Notes: a model not told the origin generated them from the sequence alone. 64,000 nucleotides of DNA from Candidatus Latescibacterota bacterium (GCA_965237675.1 OZ250150.1:4672001-4736000); one strand, 5' to 3'; counted from the stretch's first letter, positions 41,835-52,400 are shown. Numbers and translations are program-made.

Positions 41835-42055
41835 AACGTTAGCTCTTTGGCGCCATCCATTGGGGGTTCCGGTTTGCTGAAGAATCCAGTGCAGATTGTT
41901 CGAAGGTAGTCTTTCTCGACCTTCACTCCAAATTCCGTCAGTGACTCACGGATGGAGTCAAACCACTCTTCCCAGGCCATCTTCATGTCCCCGTAAACAA
42001 GGATCGTACCATAAAGGTCAAAGAAAAGACCACTAAATCTGTGCGTTTTCATGTT

Positions 42056-42145
42056 GGATAACGTTCTGGCCACTTACGAACCCGCGCAGCGGGTTGCCAA
42101 TGGCCGAAGGAGTGTAGCGACAGAAGCGCAGAGGCGGTGTTAAAT
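42056..42145 (-). other. attC-like site
   Basis: GGATAAC...aacccgc..gcgggtt...GTTAAAT; next ATG 3 nt after R'. Confidence 0.8.
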
Positions 42146-42228
42146 GACGGCAGCGCGCCCCAAAGGAGCGAAGCCGTAGAATGGCTGACATACAACGCAC
42201 ATCATTGGAGTATTGTCTTGCTCTGAAA

Positions 42229-42597
42229 TTATCCAGATACGACTCGATATGTTGAGTTGAATTTTGTGGAGCATCTTCCCTCTTTCAATAGCTTATCAGA
42301 GATCCTATGAAACGCGCCACGAATACATCTTGACCGCTCTGTTGGCGTTTTAGCATTGCCCCACCAGAACTCAATAGACGTGTCTGGATCCAAATTGTCA
42401 TGACTCTTACGGAGCGCGGCAATAGAATTCGCATGACCATTCTCTTTGACGTATTCTAAACAATCGGTAAAATCCAGGACGTCGCCGCTTTTTAAGCCCA
42501 CAGATTCTTGGTTAAGTTCGACCAGTGAATTCACGGAAACGCTGCTGTTCGTGGATCGTGTATTATTGTATATGATATCAGCCGCATGCTTGATCAC
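42229..42597 (-). CDS. Hypothetical protein (possibly a 3' fragment)
   Basis: AT-rich ORF, TTG start only. Confidence 0.4.
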   Translation of the reverse strand: MIKHAADIIYNNTRSTNSSVSVNSLVELNQESVGLKSGDVLDFTDCLEYVKENGHANSIAALRKSHDNLDPDTSIEFWWGNAKTPTERSRCIRGAFHRISDKLLKEGRCSTKFNSTYRVVSG

Positions 42598-42712
42598 TTG
42601 AGATACCGCCTTGTGTTACCACACATTGTGATTTGCGATGATATTGTTCTTTGTGCGCCATGAATCTGGGGTTGGGATGGCGGCGAGCATCGGGTTGGCT
42701 GATTCTCGCCTT

Positions 42713-43690
42713 TCAATCTATGCCTTCGATTGCAGCTTCGCCCATACGAATCGCCGCATGCGGGAGGGCGAGTATTCGGTCTTCCAGTTCCCAGATCTTC
42801 CGATTATGCGACTTTGGACCCCATTTCCGGTGGAGCTGACAAAGGCGCCTGGCATAGAAGGCAGCGAAGATGAGCGGGAGTGCGGTTCGTTCATCATCTG
42901 AGGGAGGCCGGACTGAGAAGTACCCCTCCACGAACCGCTGCATTTCCTCATCTGTAAGCTGTCGACCCACGGTCCCAATCAGCCATTGCATCCGGACCAT
43001 CACCACATCCACAAGCGCCGGAGCGAAGTGGGCAGAATTGAAGTCGGTGAACCTGACTTCACCTGAAGGGGAAGCAATCGTGTTCCTGCTTCGCACATCT
43101 CCGCGACAGAAGAGCCAACGAACGTTCATCTTGTTCGGCGTGTTATCCAGCTGTGCTCGAAGCCGGGTGACCGCATCTGCCGCGTTCGACGAGAACGTCG
43201 TCCTCTCGCAATACTCGAGAGCATCAGAGATGTACAGCCGCGCATCTTTGACTTCTGAACTGTAGACTGGAAAGTCTTCGCTCGCATCGTGAACCCGTGC
43301 GAGAGCCTCCCCCACGTTGCGGAGCGTATCGACGCGGTCTACAACCTCTCCTTCCAGGACGCTCTCGACCGAAATCACCAGGTCTCGAACGGATTTGCAG
43401 GGGCTGCCATCCGTGGTTGGAAGGATGTCAGGACACGGCGCGCCGCGATCAGAAAGGTGTCGAACGAACTCCACAATGGTTTTGGGGTGGGTCGAACCGT
43501 CCCATCCCGGATTTACGCGGAACACAACGCGTCCGTCCCGCAGACTGTCACAAAAGAAGACGCACCGTGAATTCGCCCTGCGGACTTTTGTTACTTTCAG
43601 ACCCCAGAATCGCTTGCAGAGTTCCGTGATCTCTCGCTGATCAGGCAGCGGGCCCGTTTCGTCTCTGGATCTGGGATAGAGGGCTTCCAT
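42713..43690 (-). CDS. Phosphotransferase (homoserine kinase type II/APH-like)
   Basis: LARVH; RGDVRSRN; TDF. Confidence 0.8.
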   Translation of the reverse strand: MEALYPRSRDETGPLPDQREITELCKRFWGLKVTKVRRANSRCVFFCDSLRDGRVVFRVNPGWDGSTHPKTIVEFVRHLSDRGAPCPDILPTTDGSPCKSVRDLVISVESVLEGEVVDRVDTLRNVGEALARVHDASEDFPVYSSEVKDARLYISDALEYCERTTFSSNAADAVTRLRAQLDNTPNKMNVRWLFCRGDVRSRNTIASPSGEVRFTDFNSAHFAPALVDVVMVRMQWLIGTVGRQLTDEEMQRFVEGYFSVRPPSDDERTALPLIFAAFYARRLCQLHRKWGPKSHNRKIWELEDRILALPHAAIRMGEAAIEGID

Positions 43691-43779
43691 AGGTTTTCCC
43701 GGCCCGGAACCGGTCGCATCGGTTGCGCGAAGGGCGCAAGCCCGAAGCCGTGGGCATGGTATTGGAGGCCATGCTCGAC

Positions 43780-44358
43780 TCAGATTTCCCAGTTCGACAC
43801 GTATGATCGGCTCTTGAGTCGCTCAGCAAGCTCAATCAATACAGATAGTGACTTGTTTAACCGGGCCGTAGTTGCGTCGTCGAGTTCGCCTCCCTCACCC
43901 CAATTATCGCCGTGGGCATACACATTATACGGGCTGACAATGCACTTGAAATCCAGCATAAGGGACGTTGCCAGCGACGCAAACGCCATATAGCTGTGCG
44001 GCAAGGCGCCCGAATTGACAAACATCACGATCTTGTCATAGAAAGCTCCTCTGAGCGATCCGCCTGGTGGCGTTGAACCTATGTACTCGACGAATTTCTT
44101 GAGCTCTGCGCAACACGCCCAGTTGTATACCGGACTGGCCAATATCACCGCATCGGATGCCGCAATGATCCTGTGGCACGATTGGTAAACCACGGATGAA
44201 TAGATTTCGTCGTCGTCGAAATTCGGCGGATCAAGTCGTCGAAGATCGATGAAGTCAACAGAAATGCCTCTGTCCTCCAGGGCGGTCCGACACATGGCGG
44301 CAAGATCCCTGCTGTGACTGTCCGCATTGAGGCTGCTGCTGACGACTGAAAATCTCAT
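43780..44358 (-). CDS. NADPH-dependent FMN reductase
   Basis: SSSLNADSHS; ASPVYNW..LKKF. Confidence 0.85.
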   Translation of the reverse strand: MRFSVVSSSLNADSHSRDLAAMCRTALEDRGISVDFIDLRRLDPPNFDDDEIYSSVVYQSCHRIIAASDAVILASPVYNWACCAELKKFVEYIGSTPPGGSLRGAFYDKIVMFVNSGALPHSYMAFASLATSLMLDFKCIVSPYNVYAHGDNWGEGGELDDATTARLNKSLSVLIELAERLKSRSYVSNWEI

Positions 44359-44395
44359 TCTTGCACTTCCCCTTGATCGGCCCACTCCACATGGC

Positions 44396-44540
44396 CTGCA
44401 ACGGTCTCGCCGGCCGCGAACCGGGCCGGCTGGCACGGCTCGTATCCCGGTGGTTTTGATGAAGCAGGCGCCGTTACTGCGATAGGCAGGCCAGGTATGG
44501 AGGCGCGATTGCGCGGGAGCCGCAGCCCGGCGTGTTAGCT
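44396..44540 (-). other. attC-like site (long)
   Basis: CTGCAAC...ggagccgcagcccggcgtGTTAGCT. Confidence 0.7.
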
Positions 44541-44569
44541 GGATTTGCCGCCCGGGTGACTCGTATCGA

Positions 44570-45664
44570 CTACCTTGGCGGGTTTCCGCTGTCCTTCAGG
44601 AACTTCTCCGCCTCGGCCAGTCTCTTCCGCGCGTCATCGCTTAGTTTGCTGTCCGGATACTTCGACAGAAACTTCGTCATTTGGCGAAATTCGAATCGGT
44701 ATCTAGCGATGTCGTCCCCGTTGAATTCATAAGGGGCCTCGTAGTAAGTCAGGAGCCGGAAGTAGGCCAAGGGTGCCACGTCCGACGCAGGATATTCTGT
44801 GACAATACGTCGAAGCACCTCCCGCGGCTCATCAGGCTTTTTAAATCCAAAGAATTCTTTCGGAGGGAAGAACTTCCACAAATCCTCAACAGCCGTCGCG
44901 TAATCAAAGTAGACCTGCGGCCTAACCTCAGCCTCATCCCCTTGATCGGCCATTTGGTATTTCTGCTGTGCCTCAAGCAGTCTATCCAAGACTTGGATAG
45001 TCCAGTTAAGACCGCGAAATCCGCTAAAATATCCTTCGGTTATGGCAGATCCATGAGTATAGGTCGTAAATAGTATGACACGCTTTGTCGATCTAACTGC
45101 ATCAATTGCGCCTTCACCAAATCTCTCCAGGATTCGCTGCAGCACCCGCTTCGCCCCTCGATAGTCCCGATTGACTGCGAGAAGCTTTGCGTTGAAGAAT
45201 AGACCGTATGGACTGTACACGTTCAACGGCGGTTCAGATGACCTCTGGTACGCCTCATTTGCTCTCTTGTCGGTAAAACCACCAGCTATTACATATGAGT
45301 GCCCGGCCAGTAGGTATAGCCATGTCCTCGCAATCGGATTTGCCTCCTCTGAGGCCTCCAACGAAAGAAGGGCGGCGCTCCGATTCAAGAACCTCTGTCT
45401 ATAAAGACGGTATCCATCGAGTGATGCCGGGAGTGCGCCTGACGGTAACTCGACAGGAATCTCGCGATAATACGTCCGGAATCTGTCGTCAAGGTAAATG
45501 GGTTGTCCGGCTCGCAAGCGCACGGTTTCACCGGTGTAAAGAGTTGCGTCTACGTCTACCACTATTGGAACATGACGATGACCCATTGCGAAGCCATTCG
45601 CCTTGGCGTCCGATGCAATAAACAGTACCGCCAACATGGGCCATAGATGTCTGGCAAATATCAT
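44570..45664 (-). CDS. Exported TPR/BamD-like helical protein
   Basis: Signal peptide; EYPAS and KYPDS repeats. Confidence 0.65.
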   Translation of the reverse strand: MIFARHLWPMLAVLFIASDAKANGFAMGHRHVPIVVDVDATLYTGETVRLRAGQPIYLDDRFRTYYREIPVELPSGALPASLDGYRLYRQRFLNRSAALLSLEASEEANPIARTWLYLLAGHSYVIAGGFTDKRANEAYQRSSEPPLNVYSPYGLFFNAKLLAVNRDYRGAKRVLQRILERFGEGAIDAVRSTKRVILFTTYTHGSAITEGYFSGFRGLNWTIQVLDRLLEAQQKYQMADQGDEAEVRPQVYFDYATAVEDLWKFFPPKEFFGFKKPDEPREVLRRIVTEYPASDVAPLAYFRLLTYYEAPYEFNGDDIARYRFEFRQMTKFLSKYPDSKLSDDARKRLAEAEKFLKDSGNPPR

Positions 45665-45731
45665 ACTGGTCTCCGATTCACGCTTTGCACGCAATGACAA
45701 AGAGGAAGAGAATTTCTTCGCGGCAATTCTC

Positions 45732-45840
45732 AGCCAATGTCTCACCTGTTGCCGAACTCGCGAAGCGAGTTGGCGAAGGCCAAGGCGCCCTTCGGCAGGC
45801 TCAGGGCCGCAGCGGGAACGAGGTGCCAAACGACGTGGGA
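45732..45840 (-). other. attC-like site with REP-like insert (degenerate)
   Basis: aactcgcgaagcgagtt hairpin; cccttcggcaggctcaggg. Confidence 0.65.
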
Positions 45841-45904
45841 TACGATCTCCCCTCAAGCTGTATCTTGAACCAAATTCCTATTGCTGTCCCACTTCATGCG
45901 CTAG

Positions 45905-46681
45905 TTAGCGCTGTTGGGTACATTCTGGTATTTCGATCAGCAACATGCCTTCTTCTTTTAAAGGAAATTCAGCCAGAATGTCACCTGATTTTGAGACAAA
46001 TAAAGCAGCACCGAAGTAACCGCCCATTTCGTCGTCTGTCAACTGATTGACCAACATCATATTGACGCCGGCCTCTCGCGCTCGCCCGGCATAAAGGTAC
46101 TTTTCCTGTCTATGCCACATAGCCATATCGGCCACATCTTCATCAAACCCGCGAGCCATAGGAAACAACAACCAGTCCGGATTTAATGCCTTCACACGAG
46201 ATAGGCAGGTATTATTGAATAGATCGCCACAAAGCAAAAAGGCAGCAGTCCCAATCGGTGTAGAGGCAATTGGCATCTCGTCACCCTGGGCATAAATCGG
46301 AAAAGGACAAGGCCGATTATGCCAGTGATGCCAACGCGGATCGATGCGACGATATCGCATACGAATGACACCGTCAGGACCAATTAGAATAGCCGTGTCA
46401 TAGAGGCGATCCTCATTTCGTTCAAAAAGCCCCGTTGCCAGCCAAATTCGGCATCTGGCTGCAAGCTGGCAAAGTGCCTCCGAAGCAGCTCCGGGAATAG
46501 ATTGACCAAGAGACAGATCATAATCAGGGTTCCCGGTATTCACGAATCCTGTAATCGCCGCTTCGGAAAAAACAATCATCTCTGCATTAACATTTGCGGC
46601 ATCCTCAGTCATTTGCATCAAGCCGGAGAGAGTATCCTGCCGATTTAATTTTACTTGGGGGACACCAAGAGCCACTTTCAC
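45905..46681 (-). CDS. Carbon-nitrogen hydrolase
   Basis: VFSE, YDTAILI, LCGD. Confidence 0.87.
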   Translation of the reverse strand: MKVALGVPQVKLNRQDTLSGLMQMTEDAANVNAEMIVFSEAAITGFVNTGNPDYDLSLGQSIPGAASEALCQLAARCRIWLATGLFERNEDRLYDTAILIGPDGVIRMRYRRIDPRWHHWHNRPCPFPIYAQGDEMPIASTPIGTAAFLLCGDLFNNTCLSRVKALNPDWLLFPMARGFDEDVADMAMWHRQEKYLYAGRAREAGVNMMLVNQLTDDEMGGYFGAALFVSKSGDILAEFPLKEEGMLLIEIPECTQQR

Positions 46682-46804
46682 GCTATATGGTTCCTTTTAA
46701 GCTTGAACAGCCCAAACTCATCATTAAACTGCGAAAATTCAGTATCTCTCTTTTAATTTTGGTGGCATACTGAATAGATATCTGTCTCACCTTCATGCCA
46801 TGTC

Positions 46805-46898
46805 TTTTAACGTTTTCACCATTTACGACCCCGTGCATGCGGGGTGCGCGCAAGCGCCAGCCACCGTATGCCGCTCAGCGCAAATGGACGTGATATAT
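46805..46898 (-). other. attC-like site
   Basis: TTTTAAC..ccattt.cg...cgcaaatgg..GATATAT. Confidence 0.72.
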
Positions 46899-46942
46899 GA
46901 AGTGGGAATTTTCGCTCGGGCAATTCTCTGTCGGTGTATTGC

Positions 46943-47845
46943 TCAGTTCGGGGCTTGCGCAAAAGACGCGACAGATGACGTGTACGCGTGGCCTCCCGCC
47001 AGCCTTCGCTTCTCGAGACTACTACGAAGTTCTTCGTACTCCCAGTTCCCGCTCTCGGCCTCCTCACGCCACTTCATGTTGTATGTCTCTCGCTTGCAAA
47101 CGTCCAGGTGCCTCGGGGCCAGCGTGAGCCACGTCTTCCCTGAAGTAACGCTTCCGAATCCGTTAAAACATGGGGAGTGCATGTAGAGCAAGTTCTTCGC
47201 CATGTACGTCAGATAGTCTTCTGGGTTGTACCTGGCTCCATTGTAACTCAGCTCGTCGTTGCAGAAGATGGTCTTGTGTCGGCATAGTCGGTCCCTGGTC
47301 TCCCGTGGGCTCAGGATCAGTCCTTCAGAGTCACATAGATATGCATTGTACGAGGGGTCGACCATCACCCACTTCGAGCGAGAAGTACACCAAACCACCG
47401 TAACCAAATGATTGTCATAGTCGTATGGATTCAATGGATTCAGAGACACTATTCGGCTCTGCAATCCCAGAGATAGGCAGGCCTCTGTCAGCACGATAGA
47501 CAGCATGTAGCAGTTGATGCCATAGTCCTTACCTTTGCCGAACGAATATCTCAGAAGTCCCGAAGCGTTCATGGACAGGCATTTGCATACATCGGGCAGC
47601 GATTTGCTTATGTCGCCTCTGTGGCATATGCCTTCAGACATCCACTGCATTAAGTTCAGGATCTTGGACCATTCGTCTCCACCTCCTGCAACCTGATCAA
47701 GTCTATATGCTTCGCGCAGACGTTCGAGCTCAGGATGTGAGAGTTCATATTGGAAGCCAGGTGCCAACTCATCTGGATCCGAATCAAACTCGTCAAACAA
47801 GCGTAACAGCCCGCAGTATAGCCTGAACTGGTTATTCATCGTCAC
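46943..47845 (-). CDS. Transglutaminase-like protein
   Basis: GINC, NHLV, KWVMVDP catalytic triad. Confidence 0.85.
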   Translation of the reverse strand: MTMNNQFRLYCGLLRLFDEFDSDPDELAPGFQYELSHPELERLREAYRLDQVAGGGDEWSKILNLMQWMSEGICHRGDISKSLPDVCKCLSMNASGLLRYSFGKGKDYGINCYMLSIVLTEACLSLGLQSRIVSLNPLNPYDYDNHLVTVVWCTSRSKWVMVDPSYNAYLCDSEGLILSPRETRDRLCRHKTIFCNDELSYNGARYNPEDYLTYMAKNLLYMHSPCFNGFGSVTSGKTWLTLAPRHLDVCKRETYNMKWREEAESGNWEYEELRSSLEKRRLAGGHAYTSSVASFAQAPN

Positions 47846-47880
47846 TTCCTCAAGTTATGTTGATTCTCTCTTCCCATTTT

Positions 47881-47966
47881 ATATATCGTCCTCGCGGGCT
47901 GCTAACCTGCGTGAGCAGGATTGGCGAAGTGGCGAAATCCTCGAGCCACAGCCCGTCGTGTTACAC
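47881..47966 (-). other. attC-like site
   Basis: cgggctg...cagcccg..GTTACAC. Confidence 0.72.
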
Positions 47967-48099
47967 GCTGGCGGCGATGCGTCCCCTTCAGGCCAAGCCC
48001 TAAGGGTGCTGGAATACAATGCACACCCGAAAGGGTTTTCGGCTCTCTGGCCATTGTGCCTCTGGAACGCCTCTCAGTCATTTGGCCTTGCGCTGCTCT

Positions 48100-48843
48100 C
48101 TATCGAATCTTGCAGGTGACCACTTGCTTGCTCGCGTTACTGGAGAATGCCGCGCCGTCGAAGTTCCCAACTCGGGATTCAATGAGAAATCCATTGTAGT
48201 GAAGTAGAGCTTCAAGCTCGGCGGGGAACAGCATTCTTAATCGCAACTCATGCCGAGAGACCTCTTGGTCGGCTTCGTCGAGAATCCGGTACGTGCCTGC
48301 ACTTACCTGAAGCGCACGGTCGTACCGCCCCTGTAATTCAATGCGGAGCCGATAACCTGTTCGTGGATCTGAGATGGTCTTGACCGGGGACCACCTGTCA
48401 GGATCGAGACTGTGCCATGACAGGCTCGGGTTGAACACATCAAACGCGAAACATCCGCCTTCCGCCAGAGACTCCCGCACGCACCCAAGCGCGCGCTCCA
48501 TGTCATCGCGGGTGTGCAGATGGAGGAGCGAGTTGTTGGCTACGAAAATGAGCCTCTGTGGTATGGGCGGCCGATATGTACGGAAGTCGTCTTCAACCCA
48601 GGCAATTGTCAGACCTTCCTCCGCAGCCTTCTTCTTTGCCGTTTCGAGCATCGAACGTGACAGGTCCACAGCGGTTACCGAAAACCCGTGCTTCGCTAGC
48701 GGTATCGCAATCCGACCGGTGCCCGCGCCAAGTTCGAGAACAGGTCCAGGGTGCTGCGCAGCAAGAGCCAAGTAGAACTCGATACCGTCATCGTGACCAA
48801 ACAAGGCGTCGTAGAGGAAACCGTCGTCGTAGATCGTAGACAC
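48100..48843 (-). CDS. Class I SAM-dependent methyltransferase
   Basis: VLELGAGTGRI. Confidence 0.9.
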   Translation of the reverse strand: MSTIYDDGFLYDALFGHDDGIEFYLALAAQHPGPVLELGAGTGRIAIPLAKHGFSVTAVDLSRSMLETAKKKAAEEGLTIAWVEDDFRTYRPPIPQRLIFVANNSLLHLHTRDDMERALGCVRESLAEGGCFAFDVFNPSLSWHSLDPDRWSPVKTISDPRTGYRLRIELQGRYDRALQVSAGTYRILDEADQEVSRHELRLRMLFPAELEALLHYNGFLIESRVGNFDGAAFSSNASKQVVTCKIR

Positions 48844-48944
48844 GCTGACACCTCGTTGGAAGGGACTTGCTTTGGATAGGTTGGCTGCTGGTTTTGTGCA
48901 CGATTCTCCGAGGTTGGGTGGTTGGGCAATCCATCGCTACTTGC

Positions 48945-49014
48945 GTGCAACATTCTCGCCTTGCGCGAACTGTCGCAGGCCGTCAGATCTTAACCGCAAG
49001 CGGACGTGTTAGGC
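48945..49014 (-). other. attC-like site
   Basis: GTGCAAC..cttgcg...cgcaag..GTTAGGC. Confidence 0.78.
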
Positions 49015-49024
49015 GATTGCCGCA

Positions 49025-49498
49025 CTAACCGGTCCAGATATGCTCAAAGTTCTCGGTTTCATCTGGACGCTCAAACTGAGTCACGAAGGTTAAAAATGCA
49101 TCTTCGTTAATCCAAAGCGAATTCTCATCCTCGTTGGTGCGGCTCAGTACCCGAGCCTCTAAGACATCAATCGGCGCGTCCAGATAATAGAGCCTTGACT
49201 CCACGCCAATGTAGTCTACGGACTCCCTCATCGCGTCTCGATCCTTACGGCGCCAGAACCCGTAGTCAAAGATCACGTCATTTCCAAGCACGAGATTCCG
49301 TGAGGCGTTCTGCCAGATTAGATCCGCCACCTTGCGGTAATGGGTCTCGAACTCTTGTTTCGGCGGACACCGCCCGAAAAGATGAGCGAGCCACTCATCG
49401 TGCGAATACCGGACCGCCCGTTGCGTTTCTTCAAGTTCAATCGCAAACGTAGTCTTGCCAGCTCCAGGCAAGCCACAGAGTAGGTGAGCAGTCGTCAT
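49025..49498 (-). CDS. AAA_33 family P-loop kinase-like protein
   Basis: GLPGAGKT. Confidence 0.88.
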   Translation of the reverse strand: MTTAHLLCGLPGAGKTTFAIELEETQRAVRYSHDEWLAHLFGRCPPKQEFETHYRKVADLIWQNASRNLVLGNDVIFDYGFWRRKDRDAMRESVDYIGVESRLYYLDAPIDVLEARVLSRTNEDENSLWINEDAFLTFVTQFERPDETENFEHIWTG

Positions 49499-49512
49499 TC
49501 GATTCTGCCTTC

Positions 49513-49609
49513 GCCTAACGCTTCAGGGTTTGCGAACCCGGAGCGAAGCGAAGGGTTGCCCGATAGGGCCAAGCGGCGTATGCCGCACCGCGCAAGATCG
49601 GTGTTAACG
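49513..49609 (-). other. attC-like site
   Basis: GCCTAAC...GTTAACG, branched interior. Confidence 0.82.
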
Positions 49610-49621
49610 GAAGTACGATCA

Positions 49622-49834
49622 TCACAGAAGCTTACGAAATTCTTCAGTGGTTAATCCGGCATCCCTAACAATTCCTCCCATTGTAAAGGCATTCACAGGG
49701 TTGTTTCGTGGAACAGTCAGAATTCGTACTCCATCCGTCATAATGATATGCTTGCCCTGGCGTGCAATGCGAAACCCCGCTTTCTCAAAAGCTCGCACGG
49801 CATTCAAATGGCTGACACCTGGAATTTTTGGCAT
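49622..49834 (-). CDS. hicA: HicA toxin
   Basis: ARQGKHIIM..TMGGIVRDAGLT.EEF. Confidence 0.88.
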   Translation of the reverse strand: MPKIPGVSHLNAVRAFEKAGFRIARQGKHIIMTDGVRILTVPRNNPVNAFTMGGIVRDAGLTTEEFRKLL

Positions 49835-49835
49835 C

Positions 49836-50033
49836 CTATACCGTCAACTCGATCTCTCGTATCTCCGCGCCATCTAACAGATCGTCAACGACAGTAAGAT
49901 ATTCACGAATTGCTGTTTCGATGTTTGCAACCGCCTCATCTTCCGTGTTTCCTTGTGACCAACAACCTGGCAAGCCAGGCACCGAAACGCTAAAGCCTTC
50001 GTCGGATTTATGAAGGGCAACTTTGTACCTCAT
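49836..50033 (-). CDS. hicB: HicB antitoxin
   Basis: VPGLPGCWSQG. Confidence 0.9.
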   Translation of the reverse strand: MRYKVALHKSDEGFSVSVPGLPGCWSQGNTEDEAVANIETAIREYLTVVDDLLDGAEIREIELTV

Positions 50034-50124
50034 TGGGTCCTCCATGCGGTTGTTAATTCGGGTGTTTGATAACAAACCTTGTTATCTTGATTTGCAGGCC
50101 GATACTGTGATTTTGGTCTCTTCA

Positions 50125-50206
50125 AGATATCGTTCTCGCCGTGCCCGAACCGCGAAAGTGGTTGCGCGAAGGGCGCAGCCCGTCGCCGGGCACGGTCGTG
50201 TTATGT
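50125..50206 (-). other. attC-like site
   Basis: ccgtgcccg/cgggcacgg stem, GTTATGT; near copy of 53433-53516. Confidence 0.8.
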
Positions 50207-50793
50207 GAAGTCACCTCTCTCCCTACGAGGCTATGGTAAGGCGTTTCCTATTCCTGCCTTGATCGCTTTGTAGGCCAGGGGTGAGAGTAAGGGCTTCCCT
50301 CGCTCAACTTTGGCCTCGAACGTGTCAAGTTCCTCAACCGTGAAATGGGATCTCGGCATGAATTCCAGATAGTTGGCAACCTCCATTTCAATGAGGTCGC
50401 GAAGATCCGCTTGCGTGACGGGTATGTTCTCCTCGTGAACACGGTTTCACACAGTTGCCCCTTCCTTTCCTAATCCTTCGAAGAACCCACTGCGGATCGA
50501 AACACTGAAGAGAAATGTCAAAATCGCTTGGCCCTCTCGCCAATCACTTGGCGGATGCGTTGGCGATCTTCAAGGGATGCTGACTCTGTCTTGTAGGATT
50601 GCGTGCCGTAGATGCTATGAAATAAACCTCCAAGAGACACGGCTTGGTCGTTGCCCCAAGCCTGGAGGAAGTTCGTGTGTTCCCCGAAGATGATCCAAAA
50701 GATACCCGCCGCTGTGAGGATTTTCGTCAGTGTTCAGGTCGCCTCGACCGTCACAGTGGCGATGGCTAACATAATAGTTGGTGATACCCCCTT

Positions 50794-50886
50794 TTATAGC
50801 GCAATCGCCATCTCCTCCGTCGCTTTCAGCAGCGCGTTGCCGATCACCTCGAACTGGATCGGATTGACTTCGGTCTTCGCATGCAA
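50794..50886 (-). pseudogene. Hydantoinase B/oxoprolinase N-terminal stub
   Basis: AAGGAG RBS, TTG start, MHAKTEVNPIQFEVIGNALLKATEEMAIAL*. Confidence 0.65.
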
Positions 50887-51831
50887 CTACGGAATCTCCT
50901 TTAAGAAATGCCCTATCAGGCCGGTGTTCCGTGCCAGAAATCGTTGTACGCCGCCAGCGGCCCGTCCCCGTGCGGCCCGGTAGCCAGATCCAGCCCCCCG
51001 AAGAGATAGACGGACTCGCCCCCCACTGTCATAACGGGGATTCGCCTGACACCGGGACGTTCGGCGCCAGCAGAGTAATCCTCCGCACCGTTGTGTGGAT
51101 ATAGACAGTCCCACCGGCCGGCACGAAGATCGTACTGCCACAGATCGTTCAGCTGGGGGTGCTCCCCTTCCCCTCCTGCAAATCCTCCGAACAGATACAG
51201 GTGATCTCCGATCACAGCGTATCCCAGCCCGTACCGAGGGGAAGGCCGTGCAACATCATCCGACCGGTTCTCCTGAATGCAGGTCCAGGCGCCTCCGTCG
51301 GGATCGTATTCCCACAGATCGTTGTAGAACTCCGGCGCTCGACCCTGACTGTCCCGACCGCCCCACAGGTAGAGCCTGCCGTTCCAGCCGGCCAGCACGG
51401 GACAGTATCGTTTCGGCGGCCAACCGTTGCGTCCATTCGATGCAGGCCCCAGGTGCTCCCATTTCCCGGCCGGCGCCTTGTAGGTCCACAGCTGTGCGTG
51501 CGTCATCGCGCCATGGCCCCCCATCAGATACAGGTAATCACCCAGAACGGCCGCCCCCATCCCGCCCGAACCGGCGGGACGATGCCCATCCGCCGTTATT
51601 CCTGATGCGCGCCCGTCGTCGGGCTCTAACAGCTCCCACGAGGCTGTCTTCGGATCGTAGGCCCAGAGATCGTTCAGCTTGATCTCCCTCTTGCCGGGGC
51701 CCCGCACTGAGGACCCGCCAAAAAGATAAAGCCTGCCGTTCACGGGCAGCCAGGTCGTGAGCTTCCGGGTACACGGTCTGGTATCGGACGGTCTGAACCC
51801 GATGCGCCCATCGTGGTCTTCCAACCGCGTC
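50842..51831. repeat. Direct repeat, apparently identical to 63011-64000
   Basis: Constant offset of 12169 bp; identical ORF translations. Confidence 0.92.
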
Positions 51832-52043
51832 CACCGGCCTCGACCCGGGTCGTAGCGCCACAGGTCGTTCAATGAGCCCTGGACGGAAAGATCTCCAGGC
51901 CCTTTCGGCCGGCCGTACATCACTTTTATCCCCCCGAACAGGTAGACGCATCCATTGTAGCTCAACATCCCGCCGAAGGCCGCCCGCCTACAGGGTACAT
52001 CCTCGGCTTGCTCCTGGTCTGGATGCAGCAGTTCCCACTTCAT
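50916..52043 (-). CDS. Kelch-repeat beta-propeller protein
   Basis: Repeated LYLFGG...NDLW.YD...W. Confidence 0.9.
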   Translation of the reverse strand: MKWELLHPDQEQAEDVPCRRAAFGGMLSYNGCVYLFGGIKVMYGRPKGPGDLSVQGSLNDLWRYDPGRGRWTRLEDHDGRIGFRPSDTRPCTRKLTTWLPVNGRLYLFGGSSVRGPGKREIKLNDLWAYDPKTASWELLEPDDGRASGITADGHRPAGSGGMGAAVLGDYLYLMGGHGAMTHAQLWTYKAPAGKWEHLGPASNGRNGWPPKRYCPVLAGWNGRLYLWGGRDSQGRAPEFYNDLWEYDPDGGAWTCIQENRSDDVARPSPRYGLGYAVIGDHLYLFGGFAGGEGEHPQLNDLWQYDLRAGRWDCLYPHNGAEDYSAGAERPGVRRIPVMTVGGESVYLFGGLDLATGPHGDGPLAAYNDFWHGTPA

Positions 52044-52220
52044 AGTGGACCTCCGCACGGCCTGACTTGTGATTCTGCGGAGAAAGTTCGGCATATTCCA
52101 TTCGTAGCCGAAAAACTTGATACAGTTTATTCGCCGTGGAAGACTTCAAAATAAGGTGGTTGTTGCCTTTTGTGCGCGATTTTTTGGGGTAATGTGGCTG
52201 GGAACACTTGCGCCGCTTTC

Positions 52221-52321
52221 GGTTAACGGTTCTTGGCTTTACGACGTGGGCCAGTCCCAAAGGCCCATGTGCCCGCAGGGCCGAGGGGCGGATGCCCCGA
52301 AGCGTAAAGCCGGTGTTAGCC
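52221..52321 (-). other. attC-like site (intact)
   Basis: GGTTAAC..ggctttacg...cgtaaagcc..GTTAGCC. Confidence 0.87.
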
Positions 52322-52400
52322 GTCGTTATTAATTCGTATCCGTTCATTGTCGGGGCCTTATGTATCAAAATGTAGCCGCTAACTCATTCAGGCAGACTTC

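Larger units (their letters stand above)
39258..42052 (-). pseudogene. HAD-superfamily hydrolase split by IS + MITE
   Basis: FFDLYGT N-half (41835-42052); ITN, KKPD, IGDS C-half; joins as ELT-LYERR. Confidence 0.85.
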
